Shown: positions 47,170-58,129 of the stretch, piece after piece
Layout of the letters: every line of letters starts with the position of its first letter
How positions within the stretch are numbered: position 1 is the stretch's first letter
Assembly: GCF_046119375.1 (NCBI RefSeq)
Contig: NW_027362763.1
Span: forward strand, 408,642,001 to 408,706,000
Source: Phyllobates terribilis
Lineage: Eukaryota
Direction: 5' to 3'
DNA: 64,000 bases
The notes under the pieces: model-generated
Told to the model about the DNA's origin: nothing
The model's input: the letters and a program-made list of their open reading frames with translations, nothing else
Database searches by the model: none
Position numbers and translations under genes: made by a program

Positions 47170-48700
47170 CAAGGTGAGATGCCCCCTACTGTATCACGTT
47201 AGTAACAGAAGAAAATATTTTTTTTGTGTGGATGAGGCCTGTATAACATAGGAGATATGTTATGAACAATTTCAAACTGAGATATCCTCTACTGTATCAC
47301 ATTAGTAACAGAAGAAAATATATTTTTTAGTGTGGATGAGGCCTGTATAACATAGGTGATATGCTATGACCAATTTCAAACTGAGATGTCTCCTACTGAA
47401 TCACGTTTGTAACAGAAGAAAATATTTTTTTTTGTGTGGATGAGGCCTGTATAACATAGGAGATATGCTATGGACAATTTCAAACTGAGATGTCCCCTGC
47501 TGTATCACGTTAGTAACAGAAGAAAATATTTATTTTGTGTGGATGAGTCCTGTATAACATAGGAGCTATTCTATGAACAATTTCAAACTGAGATGTTCCC
47601 TACTGTATCACGTTAGTAACAGAAGAAAATATTTATTTTGTGTGGATGAGGCCTGTATAACATAGGAGCTATGCTGTGATCAATTTCAAACTGAGATGTC
47701 CCCTTCTGTATCACGTTAGTAACAGAAGAAAATATTTATTTTGTGTAGATGAGGCCTGTATAATATAGGAGCTATGCTGTGAACAATTTCAAACTGAGAT
47801 GTCCCCTACTGTATCACTTTAGTAACAGAAGAAAATATTTTTTTACTCTGCATGCAGTCTAATTTCCCAGTCATGAAATGAAAAGGTGGCTTTTAGTGAA
47901 CTGTATCACGTTTATCACAGAAAATTATATTTTTTTACTCTTGTTAGCAACAGGAAAAAAAAAGGTTTGTTTACTCATTGTGCACACAGGTGAATTTCAA
48001 CACCACAAAATGACCAGGTGGCTTATGGCGTGCAGGATCACCTTACAGAAAAAAAAAGGATTTTTTTAAATCTGCATACAGCTTAATTTCTCCCCCACAA
48101 AATGACAAGGTGGGCTACTATAGCTTATGGCAGACTGTATCATGTATATTTTTTTACTCTTGTTAGCAACAGAAAAGAAAAACGCTAGTTTACTCAGTGT
48201 GCATACAGGTGAATTTAACCGCCACAAAATGACAAGGTGGCTTATGGCGTGCAGCCTCACGTTATTCACAAAAAACAAGATTTTTTTACTCTGCATACAG
48301 CTGAATTTCGCCACCACAAAATGACAAGGTAGCTTATGATGGACTGTATCACGTTTGTGATAGAAAAAAATATTTTTTTTTACTCTTGTTAGTAACAGAA
48401 AAAAAAGGTTTAATTACTTAGTGTGTACACAGGTAAATTTCACCCCCACAAAATGACCAGGTAGCTTATGGCATGCAGCGTCACATTACTCACAGAAAAA
48501 AAATGATTTTTTTAAATCTGCATACAGCTTAATTTCTCCCCCACAAAATGGCAAGGTGGGCTACTATAGCTTGCTGTATCACATTAGCACATGAAAAAAA
48601 TAGATTTTTGTACTCAGGAGCTCTGCATACAGCGGAATTTTAACCCCACAAAATGACAAGGTGGGCGAGTAGGGCTTGCTGTATCACATTAGCAAGTGAA
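47170..48700. repeat. Internal arrays of the reverse hAT-A copy: ~108-bp units (47170-47850), then ~100-190-bp units
   Basis: GTATCACGTTAGTAACAGAAGAAAATAT..GTGGATGAGGCCTGTATAACATAGG..TTTCAAACTGAGATG occurs ~6 times, followed by CCACAAAATGAC(A/C)AGGT repeats. Confidence 0.88.
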
Positions 48701-51536
48701 AAAAATAGATTTTTTAAGGTGTACTCGTGTATGGAGCACAATAGAAGCAGTGCACAACAGAGTTCTATTACATGGGCCCTGCTGTCTTTGTGTGGACCTC
48801 AGTAATGGCACAAGATAAAAAAGATCAGCTGGAAGGTCGATTTCACAGACGCACAGGACACTAGCTATCTAAACAATATGACTTAGAAGCAAGCGCCTAT
48901 CTAACTAGCTGAACTCTCTCAGTAAGCAGGAGCAGCATCCAGCAGCAGCGTCTGTGACATGTTATAAACAGAAAATGGCGCTGACACAACATGTCTGCTA
49001 TTTACAGTATATAGAGAGGACATGTGATTTCAGCAATGGCACAAGCTCTTGTGTCTGAACAGAGTGGATGCTTCCTGCACCCCCTTATTGGCTAGCCGTG
49101 ATTTGCACACATAAAGTTAGGGAAAAAAAAAAAGATTACAAGCACAACGCTGCTCTCAGCTCCACTTCTGTCAGCTCTCCCCAACTCCTCCCCTCATCAA
49201 ACATGTCCCCCCGCACATCATACACCACCAGTATGCTAGCCAAAGTGTTAAAAATGCTTTAGTTGCAACGCAATAATTTCACACATTTTTCACCAAATTT
49301 TACCAATTCTTGGGTATCCAATCATGAATCCGAATGTGTCATTTTCGTGCGAAATTTAAAATTTGTGATCATTTTTCAAACATATTCGCTCATCACCAGT
49401 GAACACTAGTGAACACTAGTGATGAGCGAACGTGCTCGCCACTACTCGGTACTCGCCCGAGCATCACGGTGCTTGACAAGCTCGGTGAGTTTTTCTGGGT
49501 TGCTCGGGCGGGAGCTTGGGTCCCCGCCATGCATGTTTGACACTCTTTAAAGAGCCAATGAACATGCAGAGATTGCTTGCCACACACTGTAATGCCATAG
49601 CCATGTTGGTTGTGGGCATTACAGTGATTGGCTGGCCGCATAGCGTCTATATAAGACCTGGTGCAGCCATGCTTATCACAGTCTTCCCTGGAAACAGGCA
49701 GAGTAGGGAGAGCTGCTGCTGAGTCAGGGTGATATTTTCTTGTTTATAGTTAATATAGGTATTCCACAGCATATCTATATATCCATCTGAACTAACAGTC
49801 CTTCTGAGATCTAATCCAGCTGCATATATTCAGTGGTGAATAGTGATATCAGGAGTTAGGAAGGCAGGCAGGGTTTGTGGCATTCTGCAGTGCATATAGC
49901 ACAATGGGGTCCATTGCACGTTCTGTCTGCTGCTGCTGTTACAGATATTTGTAGACATAACCCCAGATATCAGGGGCCAGGGCTAATTATATTTTTTATC
50001 TTAATCCTGGTTATTTGCTTAAAAAGCAAGGCAGGCAGTGTATGTGGCAGACTGCAGTGCATACAGCACAAGAGGGTCCATTGCACTTTCTGACTGATCC
50101 TGCTAATACAGATATTTGTAGACATAGCCCAAGATATCAGGGGCCAGAGCTAATTTTTTTTATCTTAATCTTGATTATTTGCTTAAAAAGCAATCCAGAG
50201 TACACAATTTTTCTGCTCCATATGCTTGTTAGCACTGCAGAATACAGCCAGATCTTTTCCAGATTACATCGATAAAAATCCAGAAATTTTAACTTAACGT
50301 GGAAAATATTGGCCTCCATTTCAATTTAGTTGCAGTGTGTCGGTGAAGCTATTCACAAGAGGTCGCTGTGAAGAATAGTATTAGTAAACTACAGGCATGA
50401 TATTTAAAATCGTGCTTCTCCGTCAGACGTATCACATATAACTGCGTTCCAAAATCAGCCATTTCTGGCTTCCATTACCATTTTGTTGCAGTGTGTCAGT
50501 GAAGCTATTCACAAGAGGTCGCTGTGAAGAATAGTATTAGTAAACTACAGGCCCGCTTTTTAAAACCGTGTTTCTCTGTCAGACGTATCACATATAACTG
50601 CGTTCCATATTCAGCCATTTCTGGCTTCCATTTCCATTTTGTTGCAGTGTGTCGGTGAAGCTATTCACACGAGGTCGCTGTGAAGAATAGTATTAGGAAA
50701 CCACAGGCCTGCTTTTTAAAACCGTGGTTCTCCGTCAGACATATCACATATAATGCCGTTTCAAATCCAGCCATTTGTAGTGAACATGGAAAATGGGCAA
50801 GGTGCATGGCAAGGGACGGGGAAGTGAATGTGATGGTGATGGTGCATGCAAAGGTTGAGACCAGGACAATAGGCAAGCTGAAATTGTGCCAGAACAAACA
50901 CCAACATCTTGTCGCTCGACCTTCCTGTCCCAATTACTAGGGGACCGCAGAACACAACTATTGAACACAGAGCAGTGTCAAAAGGTTATTGATTGGATAG
51001 CAGATAATGCTTCCAGTCACTTTGCTACCACCACCATTACCACCACCACCACCCTGTCTTCCACACAGTCAAGTTTCAGTAGCCATGAGTCTTGACCTCC
51101 TTCCTCCCACAATGCCGAGTACCCGGAGACAACTGATCCCATACTTGGACACTCAGAAGAGCTGTTCACGTTTCCACTTATAGATTTGGGCCTCTTGCCC
51201 GGCCATCTTCAAGCTGGTGAAGAGGAGAATGCGTGTAGCGATGCCCAAATATTTGAGCAGCCAAGGTGACACGAAGGCAATGGTGGGAAAGTGCAAATAC
51301 TGTCACACGGGGTGGATGATGATGATGAGACACAATTGCCGGAAAGTCAGGAGGAGGACTAGCATGTGGAAGTGGAAGATGAGGTGGTGGATGATATAGG
51401 AACTGACCCAACATGGCAGGGGGACATGCAGAGTGAGGACAGCAGCACACAGGAGAAGGGAAGCATAGCACCACAACAGGCAGGAAGTAGCAGTGTTGTG
51501 GCCGCAGACACAAGGCGGGAAAGTGTTCCTGGTAAC

Positions 51537-51959
51537 TGTTAGAACCTTGCTGTTAGGTTTTTTTTCCTTTGCTGGTCACATGACCTTGTTGGCCTATTTA
51601 ATCCTGCTCCGCCCTTCTGGCTTTGCTGGACTTCATTGTATATCTACTTTCTAGCTAGCCTGTGCTCTGTGTCTTGCTCTGTTAGTTTGCTTGGTCTACT
51701 GACCTCTATGTTCTATATATTTTGTTTTGTTCGTCTGTCTGCTACTATTTCTGTTAGGAGGTGTCCCATATTCCTCCCAGTCCTTAGTACTTGTAGGGAT
51801 TCCTCCCCCACATCTATAGGTCTTCGTACAGACTAGCTTAGGACTTTAGCAGGTCTGATCGTAGGATCAGGTTCCCTGTTACATCGTAGGGATTCAGCTG
51901 AGTTCTATCGTAGGGACAGATCTCCTCTCTTTCCTTAGCTCTGGTAGCAGAACATAACA
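51537..51959 (+). repeat. 5' LTR (423 bp)
   Basis: TG...CA termini; TATA-like TATTTAA at 51595-51601. Confidence 0.95.
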
Positions 51960-51961
51960 GT

Positions 51962-51970
51962 AAGTCCAGC
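51962..51970 (+). promoter_or_regulatory. Non-tRNA primer-binding site complementary to the predicted transcript 5' end (self-priming)
   Basis: AAGTCCAGC is the exact reverse complement of GCTGGACTT (51625-51633), which begins 30 bp after the TATA box. There is no TGG-type tRNA PBS. Confidence 0.7.
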
Positions 51971-52008
51971 CAGCAAATTCTCTAAGGAAAGATTTTTTTT
52001 GTTCCATC

Positions 52009-55000
52009 ATGGTGTCGGTTCAGGATTTGGCTAAACACCTGCAGGGACTCTCTCTGGAAGTGGCCGAGCTCCGTCAGCACGTGAGTAACTGTCCTGGAGC
52101 ATATTTCTTGGAGCCTAAGGTATGTTTGCCGGATTTATTTTTTGGTGAACATCGAGAATTTTTTTCATTTAAAAATGCTTGCTTATTGTATTTTCGTTTG
52201 AGACCCAAGTCCTCTGGGGATGAATCCCAGCGCGTAGGGTTCATAATGTCACTTTTGCGCAAAGAGCCTCAGGAGTGGGCCTTTTCTTTGCAACCTAGTG
52301 ATACATGCTTCAGATCAGTGGATAGTTTTTTTTCTGCTTTAGGACTATTATATGATGATCCTGACCGTGTCGCATCAGCTGAGACTGAGTTGAGACGTTT
52401 AAAACAAGGATCAGGTAATGTCGAAAAATATTGTACTCATTTTCGTCGTTGGTCCACTCAAACAGGGTGGAACGATTCTGCTCTGAAAAGTCTATTTCTT
52501 GCTGGGCTCAGTGAAAGGGTTAAAGACCTGCTAATTGCTTATCCTACACCTGAGGATTTGCAACAGGCTATGCAATTAGCTATACGGGTGGATAGAAGAC
52601 TGCGTGCTAGGGTTAATGAGAGCAAATCCTCTGCTATGTCAGTTTCTGGTTATGATAATGTGTGTACTAACAGTGGTGAACCGATGGAGATTGGATCGGT
52701 GGCACCTCGCTCTCAAGAAAAAGACCGTCGTTTTTCGAAAGGCTTGTGTTTCTATTGCGGAAAATCTGGTCATTTGATTAAAGGCTGTGAGCTTCGTATG
52801 AAGAAAGAAAAAAAAATGGTCAGTCATGCCCGTATTGCCTGTTTAAATTCCAAGGGTATATTTTTAGCTGCTTCCACGATTGCTCAGGAAAAATTAATGG
52901 AATTTCGGGTGTTTGTTGATTGCGGGTCTACACTGAATGTAATTGATGGGGGATTCGTGGAAAAACTCAATTTAAAACCTGAACCTTTATCATCCCCCAT
53001 TGCTGTGGTTTCTGTGGATGGTTCCCCTTTGAAGAATATTACTCTCAAGGTCTGTGAATTTCCTCTCACTATTAATGGTGTTCACCATGAGAAATTGGAT
53101 TTGGTAGTGTTGAATAACTTGCCTTCTCCAGTAATATTGGGATTGCCCTGGTTAAAATTTCACAATCCTGTACTGGATTGGTCTACCAGTGAAATTAAAT
53201 CCTGGAGCCATAAATGTTATGACAAGTGTTGTAATGGGCGTATTGCAGCTTTGGATAGGGGAGAATTGCCTGTTCCTATTCAGGATTTTTGGAGAGTTTT
53301 TTCTGAGAAAGAATCGCAGGTTTTGCCTCCCCATAGAGACTATGATTGTTCTATTGAATTTGTCCCTGGAGCGAATCTTCCTAAAAGTCGTTTATTTAAC
53401 CTTACTATTCCTGAGAGGAGGGCTTTGGAGGAATACATACAGACAAGTTTGGCCGCCGGTCACATTAGGCCCTCTAAGTCTCCTGTGGCGGTTGGATTTT
53501 TTTTTGTAAAAAAAAAGGACGGCGGTTTACGTCCTTGTCTGGATTTTCGTGAGATTAACAAAATTACGGTACGCAATCCTTACCCACTGCCACTGATTCC
53601 TGATCTGTTTAACCAGTTATTGGGGGCCAAGTGGTTCTCTAAAATTGACCTTAAGGGGGCATACAATCTGTTGCGCATGAAGGAGGGTGATGAATGGAAG
53701 ACTGCTTTTAACACTCCTGTGGGTCATTTTGAGAATCTGGTTATGCCTTTTGGTCTTACTAATGCTCCTGCATTTTTTCAGAATCTGATTAATGACATCC
53801 TTAGACCTTTGATCGGTAAAAATGTGGTTGTGTATTTGGATGACATTTTGATTTATTCGCCAGATCTGGAGTCTCATTGGCGGAGCGTGCGTGAGGTATT
53901 ACAGTTATTAATGGACAATTCGCTTTTTGCTAAGCTGGAGAAATGTGAGTTCGCTGTACAGAGAATTAGTTTTTTGGGCTACATTATCTCCAGCAAAGGT
54001 TTTGAGATGGATCCGGTTAAGGTTCAGGCTGTGCAGGAATGGCCTAGGCCTATTGGTTTGAAATCGATACAGAGGTTTTTGGGTTTCGCCAATTACTATA
54101 GAAAATTCATAAAAAAATTTTCTAGTATTGTCAAACCTCTGACTGATCTCACCAGGAAAGGTGCTGATGCGGTTCAGTGGTCTTCTGAGGCCATTGAAGC
54201 TTTTGTGTATCTCAAGGAGAGGTTCACCTCTGCTCCCATCCTTATGCAGCCTGATGTTACTAGGCCGTTTTTGGTTGAGGTTGATGCTTCCTCTGTGGGG
54301 GTTGGCGCAGTATTGTCTCAGGATAACGGGGATGGATTACATCCCTGTGCCTTTTTTTCAAAAAAATTTTCGGAGACTGAATTGAATTACGATATTGGTA
54401 ATCGGGAATTATTGGCTATTAAACTTGCATTTGAACACTGGCGCCACTTCTTGGAAGGTGCGGAATTTCCCGTTCAGGTTCTTACGGATCATAAAAATCT
54501 GATATATCTTGACGCTGCCAAGCGCCTGAATGCCCGTCAGGCTAGGTGGGCACTGTTTTTCTCGCGGTTTAATTTCTCCGTTACTTACATCCCTGGTACT
54601 AAGAATGTTAAGGCGGATGCCTTGTCTCGCAGTTTTTCTCCCATAGTCGGTGCTGAGAAAGAGGAAAACATTTTACAAGAAGGTGTTGTGATAGCTGCTT
54701 TAGACTCCGTTTTGGAAGATGAGATTCTTAAAGCTCAGGAGAATGCCCCATCTAACACTCCTCATGGGAGGTTGTTTGTGCCTGGGACCTTTAGGAGAGA
54801 TTTGTTTGTTGAGTGTCACGAATCTCGGTTGGCAGGTCATCCCGGAATCTCTGAGACCAAGAGACTGGTGGGTCGCAGTTTTTGGTGGCCTGGATGGCAG
54901 AAGGAAGTCATTAAGTGGGTGCGCCAATGTACTGTATGTGCTAGATCTAAGTCCTCACATACTCCTGCTGCGGGGTTGCTTTGTCCTTTGGAGGTCCCCA

Positions 55001-56076
55001 GTGCTCCTTGGACACATTTGGCTATGGACTTTATAACTGACCTTCCCCCCTCTGAGGGTTTTACTGTCATCTGGGTGGTCGTGGACCGTTTTAGCAAGAT
55101 GTGTCACTTGGTTCCCTTCGTCAAACTGCCCTGCGCTAAAACTCTCGCTAAGTCCTTTGTCAAGGAAATTGTCAGACTTCATGGCGTTCCTACTGACATT
55201 GTTTCTGATAGGGGTCCTCAGTTCGTGGCTCGTTTTTGGCGTGCCTTTTGTGACAGGTTGGGAATTCATTTGTCGTTTTCGTCCGGATATCATCCTGAAT
55301 CTAATGGCCAGACAGAAAGGAAAAACCAGGATGTTGAGCAGTTCTTGCGTTGTTTTGTGGCAGACAATCAAGAGGGGTGGTCTGAGTTTCTGCCACTTGC
55401 CGAATTTGCTCTGAACAATCATACATCTTCTTCTGCTGGTTGTTCGCCTTTTTTTTGTTGTTCTGGGAGACATCCGTCGTTTGGGTCGTTCTCCAAGTTG
55501 GGATCTGCCGTGCCTGAGGAGGAGAATTTTTCCGGTGATTTGGAAAGAGTTTGGACGGATGTGCGTGGTAATCTTCAGGAGGCCAACAGAAAATCTAAAG
55601 ACTACTTTGATAGGAAACGACAGGAGGTTTTGTTCGCTGTTGGTGACATGGTTTGGTTGTCCTCTAGGAATCTGCGGTTGAGGATTCCTTCTAAGAAATT
55701 GGGTCCCAAGTTTGTAGGGCCCTTTAAGGTGCTTCAGGTTGTCAACCAATCTGCTGTTAGGTTGGAGGTTCCTACCTCCTGGAGAATTAATCCGGTCTTT
55801 CATGTCTCTCTGTTAAAAAAAGCTGTTGTGTCGGATGGTGACGCCTCTGCCTCTGTTCCTCCGGTGGTGGAGGACGGGGAATATGAAATTTCTCGCATCC
55901 TTGACTCTAGACGGTATAGAGGTAGTTTGCAGTATCTTGTGGCCTGGAAAGGTTTCGGACCTGAGGATAACTCTTGGGTGAGGTCAGATGATGTTTCCGC
56001 GTCCAGACTTATCAGAGCGTTTCACAGGAGATTTCCTGATAAGCCTGGTCCTAGGGGATCCGGAGGATCCTCTTAG
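52009..56076 (+). CDS. Gag-Pol polyprotein (1355 aa): Gag, CCHC knuckle, aspartic protease, RT, RNase H, integrase, chromodomain
   Basis: CFYCGKSGHLIKGC; FVDCGS; VYLDDILI; EVDASSVGVGAVL; H..RLAGH..C..C; AMDFIT..SDRG..TERKN; GPKFVGPF; EYEISRILDSRRYRGSLQYLVAWKGFGPEDNSW. No stops or frameshifts. Confidence 0.97.
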   Translation: MVSVQDLAKHLQGLSLEVAELRQHVSNCPGAYFLEPKVCLPDLFFGEHREFFSFKNACLLYFRLRPKSSGDESQRVGFIMSLLRKEPQEWAFSLQPSDTCFRSVDSFFSALGLLYDDPDRVASAETELRRLKQGSGNVEKYCTHFRRWSTQTGWNDSALKSLFLAGLSERVKDLLIAYPTPEDLQQAMQLAIRVDRRLRARVNESKSSAMSVSGYDNVCTNSGEPMEIGSVAPRSQEKDRRFSKGLCFYCGKSGHLIKGCELRMKKEKKMVSHARIACLNSKGIFLAASTIAQEKLMEFRVFVDCGSTLNVIDGGFVEKLNLKPEPLSSPIAVVSVDGSPLKNITLKVCEFPLTINGVHHEKLDLVVLNNLPSPVILGLPWLKFHNPVLDWSTSEIKSWSHKCYDKCCNGRIAALDRGELPVPIQDFWRVFSEKESQVLPPHRDYDCSIEFVPGANLPKSRLFNLTIPERRALEEYIQTSLAAGHIRPSKSPVAVGFFFVKKKDGGLRPCLDFREINKITVRNPYPLPLIPDLFNQLLGAKWFSKIDLKGAYNLLRMKEGDEWKTAFNTPVGHFENLVMPFGLTNAPAFFQNLINDILRPLIGKNVVVYLDDILIYSPDLESHWRSVREVLQLLMDNSLFAKLEKCEFAVQRISFLGYIISSKGFEMDPVKVQAVQEWPRPIGLKSIQRFLGFANYYRKFIKKFSSIVKPLTDLTRKGADAVQWSSEAIEAFVYLKERFTSAPILMQPDVTRPFLVEVDASSVGVGAVLSQDNGDGLHPCAFFSKKFSETELNYDIGNRELLAIKLAFEHWRHFLEGAEFPVQVLTDHKNLIYLDAAKRLNARQARWALFFSRFNFSVTYIPGTKNVKADALSRSFSPIVGAEKEENILQEGVVIAALDSVLEDEILKAQENAPSNTPHGRLFVPGTFRRDLFVECHESRLAGHPGISETKRLVGRSFWWPGWQKEVIKWVRQCTVCARSKSSHTPAAGLLCPLEVPSAPWTHLAMDFITDLPPSEGFTVIWVVVDRFSKMCHLVPFVKLPCAKTLAKSFVKEIVRLHGVPTDIVSDRGPQFVARFWRAFCDRLGIHLSFSSGYHPESNGQTERKNQDVEQFLRCFVADNQEGWSEFLPLAEFALNNHTSSSAGCSPFFCCSGRHPSFGSFSKLGSAVPEEENFSGDLERVWTDVRGNLQEANRKSKDYFDRKRQEVLFAVGDMVWLSSRNLRLRIPSKKLGPKFVGPFKVLQVVNQSAVRLEVPTSWRINPVFHVSLLKKAVVSDGDASASVPPVVEDGEYEISRILDSRRYRGSLQYLVAWKGFGPEDNSWVRSDDVSASRLIRAFHRRFPDKPGPRGSGGSS

Positions 56077-56085
56077 AAGGGGGGG
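56075..56085 (+). promoter_or_regulatory. Polypurine tract
   Basis: AGAAGGGGGGG, 3 bp upstream of the 3' LTR. Confidence 0.9.
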
Positions 56086-56088
56086 TAC

Positions 56089-56510
56089 GGTTAGAACCTT
56101 GCTGTTAGGTTTTTTTTCCTTTGCTGGTCACATGACCTTGTTGGCCTATTTAATCCTGCTCCGCCCTTCTGGCTTTGCTGGACTTCATTGTATATCTACT
56201 TTCTAGCTAGCCTGTGCTCTGTGTCTTGCTCTGTTAGTTTGCTTGGTCTACTGACCTCTATGTTCTATATATTTTGTTTGTTCGTCTGTCTGCTACTATT
56301 TCTGTTAGGAGGTGTCCCATATTCCTCCCAGTCCTTAGTACTTGTAGGGATTCCTCCCCCACATCTATAGGTCTTCGTACAGACTAGCTTAGGACTTTAG
56401 CAGGTCTGATCGTAGGATCAGGTTCCCTGTTACATCGTAGGGATTCAGCTGAGTTCTATCGTAGGGACAGATCTCCTCTCTTTCCTTAGCTCTGGTAGCA
56501 GAACATAACA
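56089..56510 (+). repeat. 3' LTR (422 bp), first base T>G
   Basis: GGTTAGAACC...CATAACA; otherwise essentially identical to the 5' LTR. Confidence 0.95.
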
Positions 56511-58129
56511 GTAACGCCAATACAACAGTTGCCAGTACCGTACAACTATTAGGTCTTCCCGAGTCTAGTTGTTTTTAAAGACTCTGCAGATAATCCTAAA
56601 AAGGCCATTTGCACCACCTGTCAGGCCAGCATCAGCAGGAGTAGCAAAACTACCAGCCTGACCACCACCAGCATGATCAGGCACATGGCAGCAAAGCACC
56701 GGACCAAGTGGGCCGAACCCTAGGGTCCAGGAACAGGGTCTGCGGATGACACCATTGCCTCTTCCACTGTTGTGTGTGCACAACAATCCCCTGTCCATGG
56801 CGCATGCGAAGGATATCTCCCGCCCTGTACGTGTCGTTGCACACTCTCAACTAGCACCATCAGCAAGCACATCTACGTCCTTGTCCCAGCGCAGCATTCA
56901 GTTGTCCCTACTTCAGTCCTTGGAATGCATGCACAAATACACAGCCAACGCCCCACAGGCCACACTACTAAATTCACACATTTCGCGAATGCTTGAGCTC
57001 AAAATGTTGCCTTTTAGGCTCATGGAGACTGAAGCTTTCCGTATGCTCGGTCCCGAGCCGCCACTAATTCTCCCAGTGTGCCGTCCCTGCATTACACGAG
57101 CATGTGTCCCACAACATTAGACGTGCCCTCAACAAGGCGGTTACTGGGAAAGTCCACCTAAAGGAGGATGAGGAGGAGAGCATGGTCAGTCGTCCTCTTG
57201 GTGAGGACACAGAAGTCTTGCCTGTTAGCAGTCTAGCACACATGGCTGAGTTTATGTTACTCTGCCTTTCCTGTGACCCTTGCCTTGTCCAAATTTTGGG
57301 TGACAGTCATTGCTGGTTGGTGATATTTCTAGTTAAACGTTACAAGGAGAACTTTCTAGTACTTTTATTCCTGTGGCGGACAGTCCTTATAAAATGGGGC
57401 AGTATCAGAAGGCCCTTGTTGCGGAATTATTAAAAAAATTCCCATCTGAAAACGCTAGCGGCAGAGGTCACAGTTCCTTGGACAACCAAGGAGTACAGGA
57501 GGGAGAGACACAAATCCAATCTAGCAGAGGCAGGGGAACACTGTCAAAGTTCTGGGACAGTTTTCTCAGATCCTCCCAATGCACAGGCCCTGAGGAATGG
57601 GGTACTTTCACAAGGAGGGAAAAGTTTAGGAAGATGCTGAGGGAGTACCTTGCCGACCGTACCAACGTCCTCCGTGATTCCTCTGTACCTTATAATTATT
57701 GGATATCCAAGCTGGACATGAACTGGCTCTCTACACCTTGGAGGTCCTGGCCTGCCCTGCCTCTTGTGTTTTGTTAGAGCGGGTTTTTAGTGCTGCCGGT
57801 TGAATTATAACCAATTGGCGCATCCTCCTGTCAACTGAAAATGCTGATAGACTGACTCTTATAAAAATGAACATGGGCTGGATTTGGCCAGACTTTTTAA
57901 CACCACCGATTGATAGCAGCATAACATAAACTCAAATACAGTGTCTTTTTTTTGGGAGGTCTAACTCTATTCCCATGCACCTCTGTCTTCACACCCAGAC
58001 ATGGGTATGCACTTCCAGATTTTGTCTATTTGCTCTTGTCCTCCGCCTTTTCCTCCACTGCCATATGTACCATATCACCATATCTACGTCTCCTGCAAGG
58101 GGCATTGGAGTGCCTCCAAATTTTTGGTA

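Larger units (their letters stand above)
45900..49398 (-). mobile_element. hAT-A-family left half in reverse orientation (transposase 5' end, arrays, L end)
   Basis: 45900-46029 and 46976-47100 are the reverse complement of 26920-27200; the arrays are reverse complements of the 12200-14550 units; ends in the TIR TTCGCTCATCACCA at 49398. Confidence 0.82.
51537..56510 (+). mobile_element. Full-length chromodomain-bearing Ty3/Gypsy LTR retrotransposon (Tf1/sushi-like chromovirus), very recent
   Basis: LTRs 51537-51959 and 56089-56510 differ only at base 1 (T/G) and by one T indel; exact 5-bp TSD GTAAC (51532-51536 and 56511-56515); PPT before the 3' LTR; one intact ORF. Confidence 0.97.
50805..57930 (+). 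pseudogene. hAT-C transposase remnant, split by the Gypsy element, catalytic core deleted
   Basis: TEQCQKVIDWIADNASS (50967-51017); BED finger FKDSADNPKKAICTTCQASISRSSKTTSLTTTSMIRHMAAKH (~56570-56700); LELKMLPFRLMETEAF; NKAVTGKVHL fused directly to an acidic tract at ~57160; hATC at ~57730-57890. Confidence 0.8.

Noticed and set aside
43796-49398. A single hAT element from 43796 to 49398
   Set aside because: The flanks ATGGCTGC and GTGAACAC do not form a TSD, and 43796 onward does not resemble the A-family R end.
647-50790. Long-range inversion defined by the oppositely oriented hAT-C copies at 650-2726 and 49417-50790
   Set aside because: Dispersed family members in opposite orientation are expected by chance, and no shared TSD or breakpoint evidence links them.
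51960-51980. tRNA primer-binding site
   Set aside because: There is no TGG start complementary to a tRNA CCA end; complementarity to the LTR R region explains it better.
54955-55803. 282-aa antisense ORF inside the integrase region
   Set aside because: It is the shadow frame of the pol ORF with no motif; antisense open frames are common opposite long ORFs.
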